A program made the translations under genes and the position numbers. Below, in pieces: positions 48,101 through 57,967 of a stretch of DNA of 64,000 nt (positions within the stretch are counted from its first letter, which is position 1; the number at the start of each line of letters is the position of its first letter). Source of the DNA: Macrostomum lignano (lineage: Eukaryota); NCBI GenBank assembly GCA_002269645.1, contig NIVC01000869.1:186001-250000 (forward strand), given 5' to 3'. The notes under the pieces were generated by a model that saw only the letters and a list, made by a program, of their open reading frames with translations, was not told where the DNA came from and ran no database searches.

Positions 48101-51100
48101 AGCCACCATGTCAAGCATTAAAGAGCCACCATGTCGAACATGAAAGAACCACCATGTCAAACATAAAAGAGCCACTATGTAAAACATATAGGTGACTCCA
48201 TATCAAATTTTAAAGAGCCACCATGTAAAACATATAGGTGACTCCATATCAAATTTTAAAGAGCCACCATGTGAAACATTCAAGGGCCACCATGCCAATT
48301 GTTAAAGAGCCACCATGTCGAACATTAAAGAGTCACCAAGTCAAACATTAAAGAGCTACCATGTCAAACATTAAAGACCTACCATGTCAAACATTCAAGA
48401 GGCATCATGTCAAACAGTAAAGAGCCACCAAGTCAAACATAAAAGAGCTACCATGTCAAACATAAAAGAGGCATCATGTCAAACAGTAAAGAGCCACCAT
48501 GTCAAGCATAAAAGAGCCACCATGTCGAACAAAAAAGAACCACCATGTCAAACATAAAAGAGCCACCATGTCGAACATAAAAGAGCCACTATGTCAAACA
48601 ATAAACAGACACCATGTCAGACAATAAAAAAACACCGAATCAAACATTTAAGAGCCACCATGTCAAACATAAAATTTACACAATTTCAAACGTAAAAGTA
48701 AGCGTCATGCTAATTATAGAGAAAGCCACTATAGAGAAATTGTAGCACTAGCTACTTATTGTATGGTGGATTCTTACTATTTGGGGATGCTTGCTATCTG
48801 GGGGATGCTTGCTATCTGGGGGATGCTTGCAATCTGGGGGATGCTTGCTATCTGGGGGATGCTTGCTGTCTTGGGATGATTTCTTTTTGCATTACACTTT
48901 ATTTGAGCAGTTTGTCTGTCGTCTTTGTGAAGGCTTTATTTGGCTGTCTTTTTGTTACTTGTAGAGAACAGAGATTCTATCCAGATGTCCCCCAACGGGG
49001 GGCGAAGATTGCTAGTCCATATACTAAAAATGGAAATCTTGCTTGTTTGTACGCAATCGATTAGAGAAAAAATGGCTGGACCGATTTTCTTCGAACTTGC
49101 ACTGTTCGATCAGAAATTTTCCTGTGACGGTACATGCATCTTGGCTAAGAAACTGCTCCATGTTAAAGTGATTAAATATTCGAAAAACATGCTTTTTTGC
49201 AAAGGTCAAGCAAAATTTTCGACTTGAAATGCATTGTAAGAATGCTAGAGAAAAAACTGACTGGTTGAATTCTGATTCTGAAATAGATTGCATCATAACT
49301 GAATTGTAACTCCGACTTGAATTGCGTCACAGTATTGAAAATGCAGTGTGGAAGCGTAGCACCAGACTTGATTTAGATTGCGTAACCATATTGTTAACTG
49401 ATACTGACTGACTGAGAAATTGATTATGTCATAACTGCCTCGTGTGATTTACTCTATGCTTGGAGTAAACAGACTGAACTGCTAAAGGCAGGGACGATGG
49501 TTCGAATTTTGAAAGAGTGGAGTTTTTTAATTAAAGCTTTTTAACGCCAAGAAAACTAAGAAATCATGAAAGCGTCATTTAAAAAATCATAAAAGCGTCA
49601 TGTAAAAATCATAGAAGCGTCATGTAAAAAATCATAGAAGCGTCATGTAAAAAATCATAGAAGCGTCATGTTAAAAATCTTAGAAGCGTCATGTAAAAAA
49701 TCATAGAAGCGTCATGTTAAAAATCTTAGAAGCGTCATGTAAAAAATCATAGAAGCGTCTTGTGAAAATCATAGAAGCCTCATGTAAAAAGCATAGAAGC
49801 GTCATGTAAAAATCGTAGAAGCGTCATATAAACAATCATAGAAACGTCATATAAACAAACATAGAAGCGTCATATAAGAAGCATATAAGCGTCATATAAA
49901 CAATCATAAAAGCGTCATATAAAAAATCATACAAGCGTAATGTAAAAAATCATAGAAGCGTCATGAAAAAATCATAGAAGCGTCATGTAAACAATCATAG
50001 AAGCGTCATGTAAAAAATCTTAGAAGCGTCATGTAAAAAATCATAGAAGCGTCTTGTGAAAATCATAGAAGCGTCATGTAAAAAGCATAGAAGCGTCATG
50101 TGAAAAGCATAGAAGCGTCATATAAACAATCATAGAAGCGTCATATAAACAATCATAGAAGCGTCATGTAAACAATCATAGAAGCGTCATGTAAGCAATC
50201 ATAGTAGCGTCATGAAACAATCATAGAAGCGTCATATAAACAATCATAGAAGCGTCATGTAAAAAATCATAAAAGCGTCATGTAAAAAGCATAGAAGCGT
50301 CATATAAACAATCATAGAAGCGTCATATAAAAAATCATAGAAGCGTCATGTAAACAATCATTGAAGCGTCATATAAACAATCATAGAAGCGTCATGTAAA
50401 CAATCATAGAAGCGTCATGTAAAAATCATTGAAGCGTCCTGCAGAAATCGTAGAAGCGTCATGAAATAATCATAGAAGCGTCATGTAAAAAATCATAGAA
50501 GCGTCATGTAAAAATCATAGAAGCGTCATGTAAAAAGCATAGAAGCGTCATGTAAAAATCATAGAAGCGTCGTAAAAACAATCATAGAAACGTCGTATAA
50601 ACAAACATAGAAGCGTCATATAAACAATCATGGAAGCGTCATGTAAACAATCATAGAAGCATCATGTAAACAATCATAGAAGCGTCATGTAAACAATCAT
50701 AGAAGCGTCATATAAGAAGCATATAAGCGTCATATAAACAATCATAAAAGCGTCATGTAAACAATCATAGAAGCGTCATATAAGAAGCATATAAGCGTCA
50801 TATATACAATCATAGAAGCGTCATATAAAAATCATAGAAGCGTAATGTAAAAAATCTTAGAAGCGTCATGAAAAAATCATAGAAGCGTCATGTAAACAAT
50901 CATCGAAGCGTCATCTAAAAAGTCATAGAAGCGTCATGAAAAAATCATAGGAGCGTCATGTAAAAATCATTGAAGCGTCCTGCAGAAATCGTAGAAGCGT
51001 CATGAAATAATCATAGAAGCGTCATGTAAAAAATCATAGAAGCGTCATGTAAAAATCATAGAAGCGTCATGAAAAAATCATAGGAGCCTCATTTAAAAAC

Positions 51101-52534
51101 TAATGAAAGTGTCATTTAAAAAATCAAGAAGCATCATGGTAGAATAAAAGAAGCGTCATGTCAGACATGAAGGGTGTCATGTAAAAATTAAATGCAGCTA
51201 TAATGCTGTGCTGGGGAGAAAAACTGAGACGTAAAGGCTCTCAGAGAATAACTGAGATTACGGGGGGGGGGTTCTGAGATGTCAAAGCAAAAGTCAGAAG
51301 CTACTTCAAAGTTCATGTACTTTACTCAATTTTTTTATTGCATTATTTGTTGGCTCGCCACGGGGGGCGCTGATAGAAGAAGAGTCATGTAAAAAATAAA
51401 AGTAGCACTATGTATACATAAAATAAAAGTCATGTCAAAGTTAAAAGATTTATTTGGGAATTGCAACGATTTCAAAGCTTGGTGGAAATCGTTATAGTGC
51501 TGTGATTCTTAAAGAAGGAATCACTAAAATGTCAAGGCTTAGGGGAGAAGAATTGCTGAGATTTCAAGGCTTTAGGTTGGGTTAAAGTTAGGTTTAGGTC
51601 AGGTGTGGGTTGAGGGTTATATTTTATCGGGTTTCAAGGTTAACAGGGGATTTTTTACATTTCAAGGTTTATGGGGGCCATCGCTGACATGTCAAGGCTT
51701 ACGGGGGGAATAGCTTAGATGTCAAGGCTCACGGGGGTATAAATGAGATTTCGAGGCTATAGTCAGAAGCTACATGTAGTTTATTGAAAACTTTTTATTA
51801 CATTATTTGATGCCTCCTCAGGGGAGGGATCGCTGATAAAAAAGCGTAATGTAAAAAATAAAAGAAGCTTCATGTCGAAGTTAAGAGATTCATTTGGGAA
51901 TCCCAACGATGTCGAGGCTTGCAAGGAATCGCTATAATGCTGTAGTAGTGCTATAATGACTCTTAGAGAGAATTACTGAAATTTCAATGCTTTAGGGTTG
52001 GGCTAGGGTTAGGGTTAGGGTTAGGGTTAGGGTTAGGCTAGCGTTAGGGTTAGAAGGTTGACAGATATTTTTATATTTCCAAGGCTTATTGGGGGCATTG
52101 CTGAGATGTCAAGGGGGGAAGTTGATATGTTAAAGCTTGTGGGGGGGGGATTACTGACATGTCAAGGCTTACAAGGTTTGACAGGAGATTTTTTAAGATT
52201 TCAAGGATACATGTAGCTTATTAAAAAAACGTGCATTGCATTTCTTTGGCTCCCCAACGGGGGGCGTAGATTGCTAGTCCATATACTAAAAATGAAAATC
52301 TTGCTTGTTTGTACGCAATCGATTAGAGAAAAAATGGCTGGACCGATTTCCTTCGAACTTGCACTGTTCGATCAGAAATTATCCCGTGACGGTACATGCA
52401 TCTTGGCTAAGAAATTGCTCCATGTTAAAGCGATTAAATATTCGAAAACATGCTTTTTTGCAAAGGTTAAGCAAACTTTTCGACTTAAAATGCATTGTAA
52501 GAATGCTAGAGAAAAAACTGACTGGTTAAATTCT

Positions 52535-53387
52535 TGTAGAGTGTTCTACCTCCCGTTAAAAAAGGTTAAAAGAAGATAATCGTATAATGCTACTATAAGT
52601 AAGTAAGTACACGCATGTGCGCCTAAGCTTTGAATGAATCACGCTACCAGGAAAAGATGTTACCAAAATGATACGCCATGAGCCATTTTCCCCTTTTAGC
52701 GCAACACGTGGTTGGTAATGATGCTATTTTGGATCAAAAAGTTGCCTATAAATACAAGCGGTCCGAAGCGGACCAGGAGCCAACTCCCGACGAGAGGAGA
52801 AGCTCCGAAGAGGAAGCCTTAGGAGGACTTCCTGATCACCAAGTCAATCGAGACTCGGTCGAGTTTTTGCGGTAAGCCTTCTTGATTTGCGCCTGTTGTG
52901 TTAGAGACGTCTCGCTCAAGTCTATTGAGACTTGAGTCTATTTGAGTCTGTTGAGACTCTTGAGTCTGTTTAGACTCCATTGGTTGCAGTCTCCAGAAGG
53001 ACTGCCCCTGATAGATCTTAGAGGACTATCAGTGGTTTGCGGAGCCATACCTAGAGTGCAGAGAGGCACTACTAGAAGAAGAAGGCTTAATTCAGACCGC
53101 AGTTTGGCGCAGGGATCCCATTGTTAATTCGGAAGCTTCCCATTGGTCCGAGCGACAGAATCCGGCCGGAACTAATTGAAGAAGAAAGAAGAATCGGACC
53201 TGATCTACAAACGAAAGTCAGAAGTGACTGTACGAGATCAACTGAAACTAATCGAGAGCTACTCCAAAAGATCTCCAAAGGACTCAAGGTAATTGAATAC
53301 CTTCTGTTGACTTACTGGGTTGCCTAGCTATTGAGCTAGAAGTGATTGTTCCTTGATTATCGAGAGTCGGGTAACAAGGAACACATC
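52535..53387. mobile_element. ~850-bp solo-LTR-like insertion into a Helitron-like core
   Basis: It interrupts the otherwise contiguous core sequence GGTT(G/A)AATTCT|GATTCTG. ATTCT is duplicated (52530-52534 / 53388-53392). It starts TGTAG, ends GAACACA+TC, and has a TATA-like CCTATAAATA at ~52746. Confidence 0.6.
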
Positions 53388-56071
53388 ATTCTGATTCTGA
53401 AATAGATTGCATCATAACTGAATTGTAACTCCGACTTGAATTGCATCACAGTATTGAAAATGCAGTGTGGAAGCGTAGCACCAGACTTGATTTAGATTGT
53501 GTAACCATATTGTTAACTGATACTGACTGACTGAGAAATTGATTATGTCATAACTGCCTCGTGTGATTTACTCTATGCTTGGAGTTTTGAAAATTATAAT
53601 TATAAGTGATAAAATTCATGTGATCAAAACGATGAGAGCTAGCCTAGAGGTAAACAGACTGAACTGCTAAATGCAGGGACGATGGTTCGAATTTTGAAAG
53701 AGTGGAGTTTTTTTAATTAAAGCTTTTTAACGCCAAGAAAACTAAAAAATCATAGAAGCGTCATTTAAAAAATCATAAAAGCGTCATGTAAAAAATCATC
53801 GAAGCGTCATGTGAAAAATCATAGAAGCGTCATGTAAAAAATCATAAAAGCGTCATGTAAAAAATCATAGAAGCGTCATGTAAAAGTCATAGAAGCGCCA
53901 TAAAAAACATAGAAGCGTCATGTGAAAATCATGGAAGCGTCATGTAAACAATCATAGAAGCGTCATCTAAAAATCACAGAGGCGTCATGTAAAAATCATT
54001 GAAGCGTCCTGCAGAAATCGTAGAAGCGTCATGAAATAATCATAGAAGCGTCATGTAAACAATCAAAGAAGCGTCATCTAAAAATTCATAGAAGCGTAAT
54101 GAAAAAAATAATGGAAGCGTCATGTAAAAATCATAAAAGCGTCATGTAAAAAATCTTAGAAGCGTCATGTAAAATATCATAAAAGCGTCATGTAAAAAAT
54201 CATAGAAGCGTCATGTAAAACTCATAGAGGCGCCATAAAAATCATAGAAGCGTCATGTGAAAATCATAGAAGCGTCATGTAAACAATCATAGAAGCGTAT
54301 ATAATGACTCTGCTATAATGACTCTTAGAGAGAATTACTGAAATTTCAATGCTTTAGGGTTGGGTTAGGGTTAGGGTTAGGGTTAGGCTAGCGTTAGGGT
54401 TAGAAGGTTGACAGATATTTTTAGATTTTAGAGGCTTATTGGGGGCATTGCTGAGATGTCAAGGGGGGAAGTTGATATGTTAAAGCTTGTGGGGGGGATT
54501 ACTGAGTCAAGCAAAATTTTTGACTTGAAATGCATTGTAAGAATGCTAGAGAAGAAACTGACTGACTGAATTCCGATTGTGATAAAGATTGCATCACAAC
54601 AAGTTAAAAACAGTGCCGAAGAAATGCACACACGACTTGATTTAAATTCCAATTGACTTGCTGTAAGAATTGAATTATAAGGGCAACAGTTTATGTTCTC
54701 CAATTGAAAAGAGATAGCCTAGATGCGAACAGACTGGACTGCTAATGTAGCGACCTGGGTTCGATTCTTAGGAGTGCAAAATGATTTTTTTATTAAAATA
54801 CCTTAAAAACACAATATGCTAAGCACAAAAAAGCGCAATGTCAAACATAAAAGAGCTACCAAGTCAAACATAAAAGAGTTACCATGTCAAACATAAAAGA
54901 GCCACCATGTCGAACATAAAAGAGCCACCATGTCAAACATAAAAGAACCACCATGTCGAACATACACGTGACTCCATGTCAAACATAGAAGAGCCACCCT
55001 GTCAAACGTTAAAGAGCCACCATGTCAAACATAAAAGAGGCACCATGCCAAACATAAAAGAGCCACCATGTCAAACATAAAAGAGCCACCATGCCAAACA
55101 AAAAAGAGCCATCATGTCGAACATAAATGAGCCACGATGTCGAACATAAAAGAGCTACCATGTCAAACATTAAAGAGCCACCATGTCAAACATAAAAGAG
55201 CCACCATGTCGAACATTAAAGAGCCACAATGTAGAATAATAAAGAGCCACCATGTCAAACATAAAGTGACTTTATGTAAAACATATAAGTGACTTTATGT
55301 CAAACATATAAGTGACTTTTTTCCAAACATTAAAGAGCCACCATGTCAAACAATAAAGAGCCACCATGTCAAACATAAAAAAGCCACCATTTCGAAAATG
55401 AAAGAGCCACCATTTCGAACATTAAAGAGCCACCATGTCAAACATAAAAGAGCTACCATGTTAAACGTTAAAGAGCCACATTTTCAAACATTAAAGAGCC
55501 ATTATGTCGAATATTAAAGAGCCACCAAGTGAAACATTAAAGAGCCACCATGTCAAACGTTTCAGAGCCACTATGTCAAACTTAAAAGAGCCACCATTTC
55601 GAACATAAAAGAGCCACCATGTCAAACATTAAAGAGCCCCCATGTAAAACATATAAGTGACTTTCTGTCAAACATATAAGTGACTTTTTGTCAAACATTA
55701 AAGAGCCACCATGTCAAACAATAAGGAGCCACCATGTCAAACATAAAAGAGCCACCATTTCGAACATTAAAGAGCCACCATTTAAAACATTAAAGAGCCA
55801 CAATGTCAAACATAAAGGGGCCATCATGTCAAACATTTAGGAGCCACTATGTCTAACATTAAAGAGCCACCATGTCAAACATTAAAGAGCCCCCATGTCA
55901 GACATTAAAAAGCCACCGTATCAAACATAAAAGAGTTACCATGTAGAACATAAAAGAGCCATCATATCAAGCCGGGGCTGTTGCCCCCAGGACCCCGGGT
56001 CCTGCACGCAATGGCGTGGTGAACTATCTGTGCAGTATGAGACTGGTATGGCCCTTATCCCAACCAGCGAT

Positions 56072-56216
56072 GCTCACACCTGCCTCCCCTGGCGGGCTGA
56101 TAGCTAAAGAGACTCTGTCTCCTGATTTTCACCTTGCAAGGCGCACTTCGAAGGGTACTCGTCCCGTGGGTGTTAAGGCAGGCTCTCGGGCCTTGCCGAG
56201 CTAATTCGTTGGCGCC
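56072..56216 (+). ncRNA. HDV-like self-cleaving ribozyme (candidate) in the LINE 5' UTR
   Basis: Hand-folded. P1 GCUCAC 56072-56077 / GUGGGU 56166-56171 with a G1-U wobble; P2 CGAA 56149-56152 / UUCG 56205-56208, extendable by GGCGC/GCGCC; P3 GGG/CCC; L3 UACUCGU; P1.1 AC/GU; P4 56177-56197; J4/2 C-UAA with catalytic C56201. Confidence 0.75.
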
Positions 56217-56446
56217 GGGTCCTGGTGTGACCATATAAACGCACCCTCTAATGTCCCAGTGTAACTCCGTGCTGATGGACGCTTGGCCAGGGAGTAGTCT
56301 GGTCGCTAACGGTTCCCCTTGCGCTTTTGGGTCCCCCCGCAGGGTGGTATTTCGCTTTTTGGGGGCCTGCCGCTTGGTTTGGGGTTGCGGCCTTGCAGCT
56401 CTTTGCCTGTGTTCTGCAGGAAGTCCCACCTTTTTAATTCCAGCCA

Positions 56447-57967
56447 ATGGCTTCTAACCGAAGTACCCAACCGGCTGTGGATGACACAGTGCCTCCGGCC
56501 TCGGCTGGGGCCGTGGACTTCGCGGCCATACCACCTGCTACCATCGGGGACGCCTCGGCGAGACCCGTGGAGCCAACTCTGAGCGGTGCCTCCGAGAAGA
56601 CACCTGCTACTCCAGCTGCCAAGCAGCTGAGCACCACCTCTGGAGCTGCCCGCCGTCGACTTAACAAGGCGAGGCGGGCCAAGGAGGGCGGAAGCCTAAC
56701 CGGCGCCAGGGGCCAACGGCCCGCGGCAGCGGAAGCTTCCCAATCTGGGGCGGTGGCGGAAGAGGGCCTCGAGCCCACTGAAGCCCCTGTCCAGGATGGG
56801 GAGGCCGATGCAGCCGGGAGGGTGGACAGCCCACCTGAAAAATGCTCCACCGACCCCCGGGCCTCCTACGCTGATGCGGCAAAGAGGCAACCGGCGGTTG
56901 TCATTCTGGGGAAGGACGCGCGCCTGTCTCCCGATCAGCTGAAGCAGGTGAGAGGTGCCGTTGATGGCCTCCTGTGGAAGCAAACTCTGAAGGGCACGCC
57001 TCTGAACATTCATTCGAATGCGACGAGGGACTCGTGCCTTCTCATTTGGCCCAGTGATGCTGACTCGGGTCGGCGGCTCCTTGAGCTGCTGCCCGAGCAG
57101 AGCTGGGACCTCAACCTAGCCTTCTGCAGAGAGGACGAGCGCCCCCGGACCAAGAGGCATCGAATCTGGGTCCCGGCCAGGAGCGTCGTTACCTCTGCTG
57201 ACGAGCTCCGGAAAGGACTGCTAGCAGTCAACCGGGAGCTTCCCGCCGCGGGCCTAGTGGTGCATGACACCCTTAAGCGCACCGACGGCACTGGCTTCAC
57301 AGCCATCCTGGGGCTGTCGGACGCCTGGGTGAGGCGCTATCCGCACGGCAGCTTCATCAACGTCGGTCTTTGGAAGCTGCGCATCCGCTCCTACGAGGCC
57401 GACCCTCCCCGTGGTGGTGAGCAGGGCGGGCGGAATGCCGAAGCAGCCGGGGCCGTGGCGCGAGCTTCTGCTCAGGCTGCCAAAGCAAACCGCCCCGCCC
57501 GGCAGCACGGCCGCGCGGGTAAAGCCGAGCGCGCTGCTGAGGGCGGAGGAGACCGACGCCCGGCACGCAGCACCAAGCGACGCGGCCTGTACCAGCGCGC
57601 AGCTGAGGCAGTCCGTACCGCCAAAATCACCCAGCTGAGGAGAGAGGTCGCCCGGACGCCTAGGCGCACCAGTTCGTCCAGGGAGGGTGGGGATGTCCCA
57701 GCTGGGCCCAACCCCTCGGGGCAGGGCCGACTGGAGACGGACCCGCCTGCCCAGGCGGCTGGCTGCTCCAGGGCATTGGGCCAGTCTGAAGCGGAGGACC
57801 CCATGGCTGGTGGGCGAAGGGCGGCGAACGCTGCCTATTGCCTTCCGACCAACCGGGGGGCTTTTGCTGAAGAAGAGCCCATGGACACCGGTGACCCCGA
57901 CCCGAAGCTGGTGAGCGCCGAGGAGGAGGAGGAACTCCTGGCGACTGCAACACCCGATCTGCACTGA
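56447..57967 (+). CDS. LINE ORF1 (Gag-like RNA chaperone), 506 aa, intact
   Basis: Uninterrupted ORF upstream of ORF2, with an SYADAAK motif, a central region resembling LOA ORF1 (DUF4780-like; by eye) and a basic disordered tail. Confidence 0.85.
   Translation: MASNRSTQPAVDDTVPPASAGAVDFAAIPPATIGDASARPVEPTLSGASEKTPATPAAKQLSTTSGAARRRLNKARRAKEGGSLTGARGQRPAAAEASQSGAVAEEGLEPTEAPVQDGEADAAGRVDSPPEKCSTDPRASYADAAKRQPAVVILGKDARLSPDQLKQVRGAVDGLLWKQTLKGTPLNIHSNATRDSCLLIWPSDADSGRRLLELLPEQSWDLNLAFCREDERPRTKRHRIWVPARSVVTSADELRKGLLAVNRELPAAGLVVHDTLKRTDGTGFTAILGLSDAWVRRYPHGSFINVGLWKLRIRSYEADPPRGGEQGGRNAEAAGAVARASAQAAKANRPARQHGRAGKAERAAEGGGDRRPARSTKRRGLYQRAAEAVRTAKITQLRREVARTPRRTSSSREGGDVPAGPNPSGQGRLETDPPAQAAGCSRALGQSEAEDPMAGGRRAANAAYCLPTNRGAFAEEEPMDTGDPDPKLVSAEEEEELLATATPDLH

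Larger units (their letters stand above)
21225..54840 (+). mobile_element. Cluster of head-to-tail non-autonomous Helitron-like units
   Basis: Units start TC...TATACTAAA, followed by a (TGTC/TTGC/GTAG)n microsatellite and shared blocks (GGCTCAACCGATTTTC; GGATTAAATATTCGAAAA). They end in a GC hairpin (mostly CCCCAACGGGGG) ~8-10 nt before CTAG. CTAG ends are at 24509, 24890, 27351, 27753, 31014, 34197, 41326, 44854, 49012 and 52274, mostly abutting the next TC with no TSD. No Rep/helicase ORF. Confidence 0.72.

Noticed and set aside
21975-48187. Many 60-160 aa ORFs in the track (GGIAEMSRLT, WGMLAI, KEPPCQT, CRQLSVQAVV types)
   Set aside because: Their periodicity equals the satellite unit length, so they are stop-free by chance.
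49016-49035. U6 snRNA similarity (CATATACTAAAA)
   Set aside because: Only ~12 nt match. It is the recurring 5' end of the Helitron-like units and the rest of U6 is absent.
21735-55970. CRISPR-like repeat-spacer arrays
   Set aside because: Units are contiguous diverged tandem copies without unique spacers. There are no cas genes and the context is eukaryotic.
55971-56010. HDV-like fold starting at the very first G of the LINE
   Set aside because: A P1-like pairing exists, but there is no P2, P1.1 or J4/2. The complete fold is found only from G56072.
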